Virus record (IMG/VR): IMGVR_UViG_3300029258_003380
Span: 33,967-97,966 of that record
Length of the DNA stretch: 64,000 nt
Strand: one strand, 5' to 3'
DNA from: a virus
Lineage: Duplodnaviria; Caudoviricetes
Below, in pieces: positions 28,877 to 39,065 of this stretch (position 1 is its first letter; each line of letters starts with the position of its first letter). Position numbers and translations under genes: made by a program. Below the pieces are notes generated by a model. That model was given only the letters and a program-made list of their open reading frames with translations. It did not search any database and had not been told where the DNA came from.

Positions 28877-28890
28877 GAAGGGAGTGAACG

Positions 28891-29346
28891 ATGGGAGAAC
28901 CGACTTACTATGATAAAAAGTTCGCGTTCATCGTAGACATCGATGGAGTGGGCTGGGCAGGTTTTACGACGTGCAGCGAGATCGCTGGGGAGTTCGAGGA
29001 TGTTGACCACCGCGAAGGTGGGAGGCGCCATAAGCACAAGGCTCCAGGGCTCGTAGACTTTCCGGATGTCACGCTGACGCGTGGTAGTACCGAAGACTTC
29101 GACCTCTACAACTGGTTCAAGGAGTGTTATGACGCTGCTGCTGGGACTGGCCAGGTACCCCCTGATCTGTTCCGTACAGTGGACGTGATACAATTGGACG
29201 AGGCAGGGAACGAGTTGCGTCGCTATCGTCTTTTCAAAGCATACTGCAAGCGTTGGTCTTCAGGAGACTGGGACAACAATGCAAGCGAGGCCTTGATGGA
29301 GTCGGTAGTTATCCGGTTTGACTACCCGGAGAAGAATCCGAGTTAG
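28891..29346 (+). CDS. Tail tube protein (T4 gp19-like)
   Basis: FTTCSE...HREGG...KAPGL...DVTLTRG...LYNWF. Confidence 0.92.
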   Translation: MGEPTYYDKKFAFIVDIDGVGWAGFTTCSEIAGEFEDVDHREGGRRHKHKAPGLVDFPDVTLTRGSTEDFDLYNWFKECYDAAAGTGQVPPDLFRTVDVIQLDEAGNELRRYRLFKAYCKRWSSGDWDNNASEALMESVVIRFDYPEKNPS

Positions 29347-29351
29347 AATAT

Positions 29352-29435
29352 TTGCCGTTAAGCGGCGATAAGGCATAGGCAATGCCGGCGGTTGTCCCAA
29401 TGATTGGGGTGGCCGTCGGCCGGTCCCTTCGGGGA
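29352..29435 (+). other. Three-hairpin intergenic RNA structure
   Basis: TTGCCG/CGGCGA; 17-bp stem 29384-29400/29404-29420 with 5 G-U; TCCC-TTCG-GGGA tetraloop. Confidence 0.7.
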
Positions 29436-29464
29436 TAGATAACAGTACAGGCAAAGGAGGGGTC

Positions 29465-30328
29465 ATGAAGACCACGAACGTCAAGCTACCGTCAGGCGCA
29501 GTAATTGAGATCAGGAAAATCTCACTCCGTGATGAGAACTTCCTCGCTGGTGCGGCAAGATCCAAACGCAAGAACAATGACAAGGTTCTGATCGAGGTGA
29601 TGTCCAGGTGCACAATTGGATTTGTGGAACCTGGCCCATACAAGGATGTGAACGCAGGAGACAAGGTTAAGTGGGACGACATGCTGTCCGGTGACTGGTT
29701 TGGGGCGATGATCGAACTTCGCAAATTCAGTTACAGGGAGGGTTCCAGCTACGACATACAGGTACAATGTCCAGCCCTTGGATGCAATAACAAGTTTGGA
29801 TGGAAGGTTGATCTGGACAAGGATTTATTTGTCAAGGGTCTACCGGAGGAGTCTGTAGAGGCGATGGCTGAGGGTAAGCCACTGTCGACGACAATCGATG
29901 GTCGTGTGGTGGAGTTCAACCTTGGATACGTCAAGGATAACGAAGCCCAGGATAAACTGGAGAAGCGATTTCCAGGTCGTGAGGTGTCGTGCATGCTCAG
30001 GTCCAGGATCGTCTCTGTGGAGGGTGTGGAACGTCAGGACATTTTGACATGGTTGGATGGGCTGAAGCGCGGCGGGGTAGAGTCTACAAAATACGAAGGA
30101 CTGTGTAGTGACGACACGGAAGATCTGCGAGCCGCGTTCGAAGAGGTCGACTGTGGTGTAGACACTGAAGTTGAGGTCGAATGTACAAAGTCCAGTTGTA
30201 GCGAGGTGTTTACATTAGACCTCCCTTTCGACAACATCTTCACGCCTGCGAGAGCGGCGGGGCAACGAAGAGCACGACGGGAGAGTCCGCCCAGGAAGGA
30301 AGAATCCGAGCGCCAATCGGAGGATTGA
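29465..30328 (+). CDS. Tail assembly chaperone
   Basis: Between tube and tape measure; CPALGC and CTKSSC Zn sites. Confidence 0.8.
   Translation: MKTTNVKLPSGAVIEIRKISLRDENFLAGAARSKRKNNDKVLIEVMSRCTIGFVEPGPYKDVNAGDKVKWDDMLSGDWFGAMIELRKFSYREGSSYDIQVQCPALGCNNKFGWKVDLDKDLFVKGLPEESVEAMAEGKPLSTTIDGRVVEFNLGYVKDNEAQDKLEKRFPGREVSCMLRSRIVSVEGVERQDILTWLDGLKRGGVESTKYEGLCSDDTEDLRAAFEEVDCGVDTEVEVECTKSSCSEVFTLDLPFDNIFTPARAAGQRRARRESPPRKEESERQSED
30223..30229 (+). promoter_or_regulatory. -1 ribosomal frameshift slippery site C CCT TTC
   Basis: X XXY YYZ in the correct phase; -1 frame open to 30522. Confidence 0.55.
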
Positions 30329-30522
30329 CAGAAGAAGACGTCCGCATGCTTCGGTTCCATCTGTCATGGCTTCCACTGTTTGGCGCCGGTCTTCGGATCG
30401 GATACATGGAGACTTTGGATTTAGATATGGATGACGCGTTGGAACTGTTGAATATGGTAATCAAAGAACGCGATAGCGAGATACGCAGCGCGTTTGGGAA
30501 GGACCAGGGGACGTGGCTCTAA
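30325..30522 (+). CDS. Chaperone C-terminal extension (GT-like frame)
   Basis: In -1 frame relative to chaperone; overlaps tape measure start. Confidence 0.65.
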   Translation: MTEEDVRMLRFHLSWLPLFGAGLRIGYMETLDLDMDDALELLNMVIKERDSEIRSAFGKDQGTWL

Positions 30523-33188
30523 ATAGAATGGGCGCCGGTTTCGTGTTAAAGGCCTACGATCAATCAACACCCGTGTTGCGTCGTATCGGCAGCGGTTTCC
30601 GGGGATTACGCAAGACAGTCAAGACGGCAACGATGGGGATGAGTAATTCCATGGCCAACACCGCCATGGGTTTCGCCGCGTTCCATGCAGGCCTCGGCAT
30701 GGTGAAACTGTCCAAGGTAGCTGCCGACTCCGCGTCGAAGTTTCAACAGAGTCTTGCCGCCGTTGGGAAGGTGGCGCGTGCTACAGAGAAAGAACTTGTG
30801 TTGTTGCACGACGCGGCTATCGAGGCCGCTCTCGGTACCAAATTTTCTCCTGATGAAGCGATAGAGGGACTGCAGACTCTGTCCGCTATGGGTCTCAAGG
30901 CCAAGGAATCGATCCAGGCGTTGAATCCTGTATTGGAGTTGGCAACGGGATCTCTGGGGCAGTTGGGTGTTGCCGGCGCCGCAGATGCCGTTATCGGTAC
31001 TGTCAAAGCCATGGGCTTCGAGATTGACCAAGCGGCACGTGTAACTAATCAGCTGCTCAAGATCACACAGATGACCAACTTTCAGAGCCGGGACTTCGCT
31101 GCGTCCATGGGACGTGTAGCTTCTACGGCCAAGTTGTACAATCAGTCTCTAGAGGATTCCCTGATCACAATGGGCCTGATGCGTAACATGAACATTGATG
31201 CATCAGTGGCATCGACTTCGTTACGGGAATCATGGAGAAGACTAGCAACGGACCAGCGTGCCCAGCAAGCAGTGGAAAAGCAGGGCATCAAGATATTCAG
31301 GGACAAAGACGGCAAGATTAGAGACATGTTGGGAGTTATGACCCAACTGGCGGATAAAACTAAGGACCTCAGAGACAAGGAGAAGATGCGTCTCATCACT
31401 GTAGCGTTCGGCGTTCGTGGCATGGCTGCGTTCAATGCCGTAGCTAACGCGACATATACAGTGATGAAGAATGGGGAGAAGATCAACCTGTCAGGGTCCA
31501 ACGCAATCAACGCTATGCGGTACGAGTTATCGGTAGCCGGCGAGACACTGACCGATGTGCAGAAAGAGAGTTTAAAAGCGGCACTTGGAGTGAAAGCGTT
31601 GAGTGATGTGCTTAAGACATCGGTTGGTGTATCCAGAGAGTTCAGGGACGCGCTGTTGGAGACATACGAGGGCCAGAAGCAATTGGTCAGTGGTGCTTGG
31701 AAGACACTTCTAGTTGTGATTGGAGAGGACTTCGCCAAGGCGATGAAGCCGGCAGCTCATGCACTTTATGAATTGGTCTCCGCTGTGACACTGTTTATCA
31801 AATCCATGTCACCACAGGCCAAGGCAACGGTGTTCAAGTTCGTCGTAGTGCTCGGTGGCCTGCTCATGTTGGGCGGTGGCCTGTTGTTGCTGTCGGGCGC
31901 TATGAACATGCTTGGCGGGTCGCTCCTTGGGTTTGTGTTCAGCATAGGTAAATTGCTTGTGATTGGTGCACCTCTGTTAATGATATTGTCCGGTCTGGGG
32001 ATCGGTTTTACGTCGTTGTTCAAAGCGATGAACTTGTTCAAGGGCGAAGGCATGGATGTCGCTCGCGTCATGGAAGTGGTACGCCTCGGTGCTTCTGGCA
32101 TGATGTCTATTCTTACCGGAGAGAAATTTTCGAAAGATCTTAAGGACAATCTGTCCAAGGCCGAAAACCAGGGGCTCGTCAAGTTCTTGCAGAAGTTCTC
32201 TCGGTGGATGGTTCGGATAAAGACTTTCTGGCGAGGCCTGACGGTTGGGTTCGAACAGGGCATTGCTATATTGTCCAAGTCGTCAGCGTTCAATAAGTTC
32301 AAGGAAAAGCTGGAAGGCATAATTGCTGTCTTCACGGGTCCAGACGCAGAGAACAGCGACAAAATACTCAAAGAGTGGGCACAACGCGGTGCCGAGGCAG
32401 GGAGAAAACTTGCGCGGCTCGGAGAGACAGCCGCCGATGTCGTAGGGAAGATAGTGGAGTTGGGCGGAGCCTTTTCTAAATTCATGGCCAACGTTACGGC
32501 AGAGGATATGCAAAAAGGGATCGATACGATGGTGGAAGGATTCCGTACATTTGCAACAGTACTGAGCACGGTGAAAACATTCTTCGGTCAGATCTACCAC
32601 GTGGTGAAATTGTTGCTTGTTGGGATCTATGAGCTTTTCGATATGATCGTCAGAGTTTCCACGATGGGCATTGAAACTGTATGGTCCAAGCTATTCGGAT
32701 CCGAGAAGGAGCAGAGAGCAGTTGCGTCATATTGGGATAAGGAATTCGCACAGAACCCACTGTTCGGAAACACAAAAAGCACAGCGTCTGATCTGGCCAA
32801 TCTTTACAACGCTGCAGCGGAGCAACAGGCTGAAAGCGAGGCCCGTGACGCAGAGTTTGCCAGGGCCAATGCGGGATATAAAGCGTTGAACGGTCTGCGG
32901 ACTCGCAAGGAAGCAGTGCAGGAAGGGATCAAGGTTCCGACTGCTGCCGTGAACGGACCAGGTGCTGAGAGCCTTCAGGGGAACAATCTGTTTGGTGGCG
33001 CTCAGAATGAAATGCAACAGCAGTTTCTGAAGGAGCTTGCAGGTATCAACCATAAACTGACAAAGATGGCAGACAATCCACAGCCGGTTTATATCGATGG
33101 TGAGAAGCTTGGGGAGATCAATGGACGCCAGCCATCAGTTACAGGGGAGGACTCACTTGATGAGGCGCCTGTCTCTGGGGGATTTTAG
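30513..33188 (+). CDS. Tail tape measure protein (TP901-like core)
   Basis: TKFSPDEAIEGLQTLSAMG helical repeats; hydrophobic segment; position. Confidence 0.92.
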   Translation: MALNRMGAGFVLKAYDQSTPVLRRIGSGFRGLRKTVKTATMGMSNSMANTAMGFAAFHAGLGMVKLSKVAADSASKFQQSLAAVGKVARATEKELVLLHDAAIEAALGTKFSPDEAIEGLQTLSAMGLKAKESIQALNPVLELATGSLGQLGVAGAADAVIGTVKAMGFEIDQAARVTNQLLKITQMTNFQSRDFAASMGRVASTAKLYNQSLEDSLITMGLMRNMNIDASVASTSLRESWRRLATDQRAQQAVEKQGIKIFRDKDGKIRDMLGVMTQLADKTKDLRDKEKMRLITVAFGVRGMAAFNAVANATYTVMKNGEKINLSGSNAINAMRYELSVAGETLTDVQKESLKAALGVKALSDVLKTSVGVSREFRDALLETYEGQKQLVSGAWKTLLVVIGEDFAKAMKPAAHALYELVSAVTLFIKSMSPQAKATVFKFVVVLGGLLMLGGGLLLLSGAMNMLGGSLLGFVFSIGKLLVIGAPLLMILSGLGIGFTSLFKAMNLFKGEGMDVARVMEVVRLGASGMMSILTGEKFSKDLKDNLSKAENQGLVKFLQKFSRWMVRIKTFWRGLTVGFEQGIAILSKSSAFNKFKEKLEGIIAVFTGPDAENSDKILKEWAQRGAEAGRKLARLGETAADVVGKIVELGGAFSKFMANVTAEDMQKGIDTMVEGFRTFATVLSTVKTFFGQIYHVVKLLLVGIYELFDMIVRVSTMGIETVWSKLFGSEKEQRAVASYWDKEFAQNPLFGNTKSTASDLANLYNAAAEQQAESEARDAEFARANAGYKALNGLRTRKEAVQEGIKVPTAAVNGPGAESLQGNNLFGGAQNEMQQQFLKELAGINHKLTKMADNPQPVYIDGEKLGEINGRQPSVTGEDSLDEAPVSGGF

Positions 33189-33196
33189 GAGGACGA

Positions 33197-33844
33197 ATGC
33201 CAGGACCTAAATCACCACCGAGCACTGATCCAACTCCCAACTTGGGGTCTATGGCTGGACAGAGGCCAGACACTGCGGCCCGTGGTTATTGCAAGAACCT
33301 ACTGCTCGAGGAGACAGGCAACCCTGACTTCCAAGACATGATCACATTCCCGTTTCGTCCTGCGATGGTGAAATTGAACAACTCAGTTAATGATGAGGAA
33401 ATGGCGGTCATTGGGCAGTCGCACGCATATGACGTTTATACAAATACAGCAAACGTGACAGTGAGTTTTGACCTGTACTACAACGCTCTGATGCAGATAA
33501 AGGACACAACTTCCGAAGGGTTCAGGGAGGGTGGCAGGTCTCTTCTTAATCAGATGAGCGAGGAGATCGAAAAACAGCGGCGATGGCTCCAGTCGTTATT
33601 CTATCCTGGGTACACGTCCCCGGGCGTCGTTGGAGGAGCGCAGGCGCCCGTCATTCTCTGCCTTCCTGGCATTTGCACGATCAGGGCGAAGTTGAAAAAC
33701 ATGGGAGAGGTGATCGAGGACTGTGATATTGAGGGCAACATCACCGCGCTCCGATTGTCGGTGAACTTTAAGGAGGCACCGATGGGCCGCGTAACGATGG
33801 AAGACGTGCTGACAAACGGAATGTTCCGCACGTGGGGGACATAA
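33197..33844 (+). CDS. Tube initiator / CIS-tube-like baseplate protein
   Basis: FPFRP...RWLQSLFYP...APVIL; follows tape measure. Confidence 0.7.
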   Translation: MPGPKSPPSTDPTPNLGSMAGQRPDTAARGYCKNLLLEETGNPDFQDMITFPFRPAMVKLNNSVNDEEMAVIGQSHAYDVYTNTANVTVSFDLYYNALMQIKDTTSEGFREGGRSLLNQMSEEIEKQRRWLQSLFYPGYTSPGVVGGAQAPVILCLPGICTIRAKLKNMGEVIEDCDIEGNITALRLSVNFKEAPMGRVTMEDVLTNGMFRTWGT

Positions 33845-33845
33845 G

Positions 33846-34196
33846 ATGCACGAAAACAGCCGTTATCGTTATTGTACAGTACTCGACTGGGGAGATATTG
33901 GTGGTACTGCCGGCGTCAAGTTATTGGACGAGCGCGAACCGTTTCGATTTAGAGATGAGTCGGACAATACTTTCTACACAGCGCGAGCTGGTGATACGTG
34001 GTGGGGTCTGGCGTGGAAATTCTTCAGATCCTTTCGAAATCCATCATTGTTGTGGTTTCTTCTGTGCGAGTATCAGCCAACACCCGTTGTCGATCCGACG
34101 ATTGCAATAGTTGGTGGCCAGCAAGTTGTCATTCCATCTGAGCGAGTTCTCAGAAATTATGTGTTTAGTCGCGAACAGCGGCGATATCACGCGTAG
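33846..34196 (+). CDS. LysM-like (P2 gpX-type) baseplate protein
   Basis: YTARAGDTWWGLAWKFF...LWF...VIPS. Confidence 0.75.
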   Translation: MHENSRYRYCTVLDWGDIGGTAGVKLLDEREPFRFRDESDNTFYTARAGDTWWGLAWKFFRSFRNPSLLWFLLCEYQPTPVVDPTIAIVGGQQVVIPSERVLRNYVFSREQRRYHA

Positions 34197-34204
34197 GAGA
34201 TTTG

Positions 34205-35596
34205 ATGCCATACGGCGGTGCACAGGTGATCATTCAGCCAATCGACTTCGACGAAGGCGATGATACCTACTATGGGGACTACATGCAGATGGTGGAGTTC
34301 ATCCAGACGCGCCTACTTTCGATGAAGGTTGTGGACAGTGACCGTGGCAAGGACCGCATGTACTTGACCTTTCGCAATAACGATTATGCGATGGTGGATT
34401 CTCCTGTGTTTGCACGCGGGCAGAAGTTGTTTGTCACATGGGGCTGGCCTGGCAATATGGTGGTACCGCGTAGATTTATCGTCCAGAAAGTGAAGGGCGG
34501 TTCTGTTGTAACGATCAAAGCACACTGCCGCCTGGCGCTGCTTGATCAGGAGCGCAAGTATCGTTTTGAAGAGGGGATGACACACAGCGCGTTTGTTCGG
34601 ATGGTAGCAGAAGAATATGGATATAGCGGCACCTACCAATGGGTCGAGGAAACAAATGAAGAATGCGACATCACGCAAAACAATATTACCGACGGCCGCA
34701 TGTTGCACAAGTTGGCACGGCGCAACGGTTTTGTTTTCTATGTAGATGCCTCCGGATTGCACTGGCATGCACGCAACCTGAAGACAGAGCCCGTTCGTTG
34801 GTTTACGTATCGCAAGGACGAGGGCCGTGGTGACATCCTGGCCGAGCCAGCACTGGACATCAACATGACCAAGGGCATCTCCAAGGTTAAGGTAACCTAC
34901 CGAGATCCGGTTACCAAAGAATACGGGACAGTATTCGGAGGCCCAGACGATACGGAGATCCAGAGTCTTGGCGAAGAGACAGAGATGGGGAATCCTGATG
35001 ATCCAGAGCAGGGACGCAGGGCCGGCCGCATGACACGTGTCGATGTCCGGTGTGGCGGGGTAATGACTAAGGAAGAAGCGCAGAGGGATGCGAACGCCAG
35101 ATACTACGAGACAGCCAACAAAAGGTACAAAATGAGCGTGCCCGTTATTGGCGACAAGAAGATCGGCGCAAAGTTGCTGGTGGGATTTGCCGGCATCTCG
35201 GACATGTTGGACGGTCTTTACTATATCAACCAGGCCGAACACATTATAGAGAGCGGCAAGTGGGTCATTGATCTCAAGTGTCGAAAGAACGCTATCAATC
35301 GTCTAAAAACGGCCAAGTCTGCACGACGTGGAAAGAAAGAAGATAAAAACCCAAACGCTGTGGACATGGATGAGTCGGCTGTTGCTGAGATTCAGACCTT
35401 GAAAAAGACGATCACATTGACCACGGATCCTGCTGGCAACATTGTACCTGCGTACACCTTCACATCAGAGGATGGGAATTTCGTTGGACAGTTGTCAAAC
35501 CTAACTCCGGATCAGATTCTGGCGTTGGACGACCAAACACTGAATACACTTTACAACCTTGGCGGACAGTCCGCTGAGCCTGACTCTGGGATGTAA
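34205..35596 (+). CDS. Baseplate hub (gpD/gp27-like)
   Basis: TWGWPG, TDGRMLHKLARRNGFVFYVD, DGLYYINQAEH. Confidence 0.85.
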   Translation: MPYGGAQVIIQPIDFDEGDDTYYGDYMQMVEFIQTRLLSMKVVDSDRGKDRMYLTFRNNDYAMVDSPVFARGQKLFVTWGWPGNMVVPRRFIVQKVKGGSVVTIKAHCRLALLDQERKYRFEEGMTHSAFVRMVAEEYGYSGTYQWVEETNEECDITQNNITDGRMLHKLARRNGFVFYVDASGLHWHARNLKTEPVRWFTYRKDEGRGDILAEPALDINMTKGISKVKVTYRDPVTKEYGTVFGGPDDTEIQSLGEETEMGNPDDPEQGRRAGRMTRVDVRCGGVMTKEEAQRDANARYYETANKRYKMSVPVIGDKKIGAKLLVGFAGISDMLDGLYYINQAEHIIESGKWVIDLKCRKNAINRLKTAKSARRGKKEDKNPNAVDMDESAVAEIQTLKKTITLTTDPAGNIVPAYTFTSEDGNFVGQLSNLTPDQILALDDQTLNTLYNLGGQSAEPDSGM

Positions 35597-35601
35597 GCGA
35601 T

Positions 35602-36213
35602 ATGGTAGCTGACAACACAGGTTTTGAGGGCGACGGATTTGGCGGCAAGCGGTATTACGGCTTGTACATGGGCGAGGTCGTGGAGCGTGGAGATGGTGAT
35701 TTGCGCGGCCGTGTCCGTGTCAATATTCCAGGGTTGCTCGATGGAACTTCGGCATGGGCAGTGCCACGCGGTGGCGGCTCTTCACAGTGGGGATTTGTCG
35801 CCGTTCCTCCAATCGGTGCCGATGTGTATGTCCAGTTTATCAATGGAGACATAAATCGTCCCAGGTATGAACCTGCGGACTATGGAATTCGCGACGGGAA
35901 ACCGGAGATGTTCCCAGAACATGACGATCCCGATGTGATAGTTGGCGGTTTCGGTCCGTTTAGGGTAGTGATTGATCTGCGTAGTGACGAAGAGACAGGC
36001 GTAGCCCCTAGCTTGGTGATCAAGCAGGTAGCGACATTGTCCAACGGTAGCGAGACAGACACAGCGTGGGTTCGTCTTAGTGAGAATTCTGTTCAGGCGT
36101 ATGGCGATTCAGCGGCTCAAGTCACGTCTGGCGCGTTGACAGACATCGATAGTGAGGGTGATATTCAGGTAAAGGGGCGCAAGATAATGCCTCAAACACG
36201 GCCGATTAAATAA
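35602..36213 (+). CDS. Baseplate spike (gpV/gp5 OB-fold)
   Basis: RYYGLYMGEVV...GRVRVNIPG...WA...VPPIGADVYVQFINGD. Confidence 0.88.
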   Translation: MVADNTGFEGDGFGGKRYYGLYMGEVVERGDGDLRGRVRVNIPGLLDGTSAWAVPRGGGSSQWGFVAVPPIGADVYVQFINGDINRPRYEPADYGIRDGKPEMFPEHDDPDVIVGGFGPFRVVIDLRSDEETGVAPSLVIKQVATLSNGSETDTAWVRLSENSVQAYGDSAAQVTSGALTDIDSEGDIQVKGRKIMPQTRPIK

Positions 36214-36321
36214 GGATTAGCAGGGCGTCCACTGTCGGGCGCACGAAACAGCGTGACTACTATGTCGCAGGAAGTGGAGAACGGGGAACCTGGGCTATTC
36301 TGGGCAACCTGAAACAATACT

Positions 36322-37098
36322 ATGGCGTTTCCACCGGAAGAACTTTGTTTTGATTTGCCGGAAATACCGGAACTGGAAGATATGTGCTTCCCCGGTGGGT
36401 TTTGTTTGTCTTATATCTGGGACGCCATTGATCAGATTCCGCACATGGCCGATGTGTCGCTGGACTTCTTCTCTCAAATAGGGCCGGCCATGGCTCCTTT
36501 GCAGCCGTTTTTCAGTTTGCTAGATACGGTCTTGGCAATCTTCCGCTGTGTCCAGGCCATTCCTGATGTGATCACTTCGCTGGATCCTTCCGAACTGCTG
36601 AATTGTATCCCTGCATTGGCCGAACTTGTGGACAAAATACTCAAGCTGATACCACAGTTGTCAATACCAAAGTTGGTAATAGCTGCGATCAAGAATCTGG
36701 CGCATTTGTTGCGTGCGATAGCAGCCGACTTGTTGTATCTCGAGAGCCAGTTGCAGCGCATCGCAGACATGATCGACCGCGCAGCTGACCTGAACGATGT
36801 CAAGATGAACGGCTTCCTAGTATGTGCCCAGGACACAATACAGGGTTCTGTAATGTCGACTGCGGAAGCACTTAAGGGAATTGGTCGCATCGTTTTACTG
36901 ATCAATATCATGATCGGCCTGTTTGGCGGCGAGGAAATACCTTGTTTCGGGGCACTTCTAGAAGACAACGTATCGGAAGGATTTGATGTCATAGTGGACC
37001 TTCTAACCACTTTGGCGGACGTGCTGGACATGATCGCAGACGCAATTCCTGATCCCGATCTTGCACTGACTCTCGCCATGGGAGATTTGAAATGCTAA
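36322..37098 (+). CDS. Acidic amphipathic-helix hypothetical protein in baseplate cluster
   Basis: 258 aa, Leu/Ile/Asp-rich with spaced Cys; no clear RBS. Confidence 0.75.
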   Translation: MAFPPEELCFDLPEIPELEDMCFPGGFCLSYIWDAIDQIPHMADVSLDFFSQIGPAMAPLQPFFSLLDTVLAIFRCVQAIPDVITSLDPSELLNCIPALAELVDKILKLIPQLSIPKLVIAAIKNLAHLLRAIAADLLYLESQLQRIADMIDRAADLNDVKMNGFLVCAQDTIQGSVMSTAEALKGIGRIVLLINIMIGLFGGEEIPCFGALLEDNVSEGFDVIVDLLTTLADVLDMIADAIPDPDLALTLAMGDLKC

Positions 37099-37108
37099 GG
37101 TGGTTTTG

Positions 37109-37525
37109 ATGGTGCAGTTTAAAGAACAGTTTGGTCGAGGTATTGTGTGTCCATTCCAACGCGATGGCAAAGGGGACTTTGCCCACGACACGGGGATGCG
37201 CTTACTCAGGTCTGACATCGGTGAACTGGTTGGGATAATTGGTGCCTCGCCAACAGAACCGGGTGAGTTGCCGTGGGATCCAGACAGGGGCAGCCGGATT
37301 CGTTCATTGCGTCACAGGCGCTTGCATTTGGAAATGACAAGAGCATTGGCTGAGCAGTATACCGGCGCACCAATAACCAGGTATGAGCGAAGGGTGCGCC
37401 TCGGTCCTGTAACAGTCAACCGGGATACCGAGCGCACGTTGCGTATCAACCTGTCTTTCGCGCCAAAGTCGGCACAGACAGGGGAACTAGAAACGTTGCC
37501 ACTCTACGTGGACCAGGAGCAGTGA
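37109..37525 (+). CDS. gp25/gpW-like sheath initiator
   Basis: GELPWDPDRGS...ITRYERRV. Confidence 0.82.
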   Translation: MVQFKEQFGRGIVCPFQRDGKGDFAHDTGMRLLRSDIGELVGIIGASPTEPGELPWDPDRGSRIRSLRHRRLHLEMTRALAEQYTGAPITRYERRVRLGPVTVNRDTERTLRINLSFAPKSAQTGELETLPLYVDQEQ

Positions 37526-37526
37526 T

Positions 37527-39056
37527 ATGACACTACTGCCGCCAAGCTATGATTACACAGACAAAGATTTCGCATCGATCCGCGACAGGACGTTCAACCT
37601 GATACGATCAGTGTTTACAGACTGGAGTGACGAGGCCGTGGCCAACTTCGGCAACGTTCTCGTAGAATCTTTTGCATGGATCATGGACGTCATCACCTTT
37701 TATCAGGACCAGCAGGCACGGGAGGGACGCATCGCGTTTGTCCAGTTGCGACGGAACATGATCGCCCTTTGCAAGTTGATCGGCTACGAACTACCGCCAG
37801 CAACGGCAGCTACAACAGATGTAACAATGACGATCACCAACGCATCGGCGTTGTCCGGGGTGGTAACGCCAGGAGCGACACCTGTTGTTGTACAGACCCA
37901 GAAGGTTACGGATCCGATCAAGGGCGAGATCCAAGGTCCAATTTCGTTCGACCTGTCGCTTGGTGAGACTTCCAAGATATTCCCATGGGAAAACAGCATA
38001 ACACAGACCCCATATGTGGTTGCATCCAATGGTCGTGCCGACATCGAGATATTGTTGCCGTTCGGGCCGTTCCTATGGGGCTCTGAGCAGGTATCCACAC
38101 CGACGCAGCCAGTATGGACCAGGGTGGATTCATTCTACAACAGCGGCCAAACTGATCTGCACTACCGCGTGCAAATTGATCAAAACGATAGAGCCACGGT
38201 TATTTTCGGCGATGGTCAGAACGGTACGATACCAGTGGGGAATATCACCACTGCATACAAGACTGGTGGCGGGATCTACGGCAACGTGGAATCTAACTCG
38301 TTGATAAAAGTGATCGGCACGTTTACTGACAGTTTTGGGAACACAGCCTACATGGAGTGCACAAACGTGTACGCAGCCCAGGATGGGACACCTCGAGAAG
38401 AAGTTGATGCGGCTCGTGTCAACGCCCCGGAATCGATACGTGCCATAAATCGCACAGTTGCCCGGGAAGACTTCGAGATCAATGCCAAACGTGCAGACGG
38501 CGTTGGGCGTGCCCTGATGCTCACCAGCAATGAAGATTCCGTGATCGGTGAGAACCGTGGCAAGTTATTTATTGTTCCAACATCTGGTGGCGTTCCCAGT
38601 TCGCTTCTTCTTCAGCAAGTAGAGGATATTCTCACCCTGCCGCCACCTGATGGGTATCCACACACGCTTACTTTCCAACTAGAAGTTCTGGCTGCCGTGT
38701 ACGAGACCGTTGATGTTAATTGCACGATCTGGTTGCGTGAGGGTTTTGTTCCAAGCGAAGTCAAGGCATCGATCGCAGACAATCTCGAAGACTACTTCGA
38801 GCCGATGCTTGCCAGTGGCGAGGCCAATCCTAATGTGGACTTTGGTTATTACTACAAAGATTCCACAGGAGCACCCGCCGGCGCAATACCGTGGTCTGAT
38901 GTGTTCAATGTTATACGTGACACAACTGGCGTGCGGAAGTTGGAGCACACTCTTCAATTGAACGGAGTCACGGACGATGTCCAGATCAATAACTGGGGAT
39001 TTCCTGCGATGGGCGCTCTGGTAGTCATAAATGGCGACACCGCAGGGGCGATATAG
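37527..39056 (+). CDS. Baseplate J/gp47-like wedge protein
   Basis: DYTDKDFASI, FGDGQNGTIP, YKTGGG, RTVAREDFE. Confidence 0.9.
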   Translation: MTLLPPSYDYTDKDFASIRDRTFNLIRSVFTDWSDEAVANFGNVLVESFAWIMDVITFYQDQQAREGRIAFVQLRRNMIALCKLIGYELPPATAATTDVTMTITNASALSGVVTPGATPVVVQTQKVTDPIKGEIQGPISFDLSLGETSKIFPWENSITQTPYVVASNGRADIEILLPFGPFLWGSEQVSTPTQPVWTRVDSFYNSGQTDLHYRVQIDQNDRATVIFGDGQNGTIPVGNITTAYKTGGGIYGNVESNSLIKVIGTFTDSFGNTAYMECTNVYAAQDGTPREEVDAARVNAPESIRAINRTVAREDFEINAKRADGVGRALMLTSNEDSVIGENRGKLFIVPTSGGVPSSLLLQQVEDILTLPPPDGYPHTLTFQLEVLAAVYETVDVNCTIWLREGFVPSEVKASIADNLEDYFEPMLASGEANPNVDFGYYYKDSTGAPAGAIPWSDVFNVIRDTTGVRKLEHTLQLNGVTDDVQINNWGFPAMGALVVINGDTAGAI

Positions 39057-39065
39057 GAGGCGATA

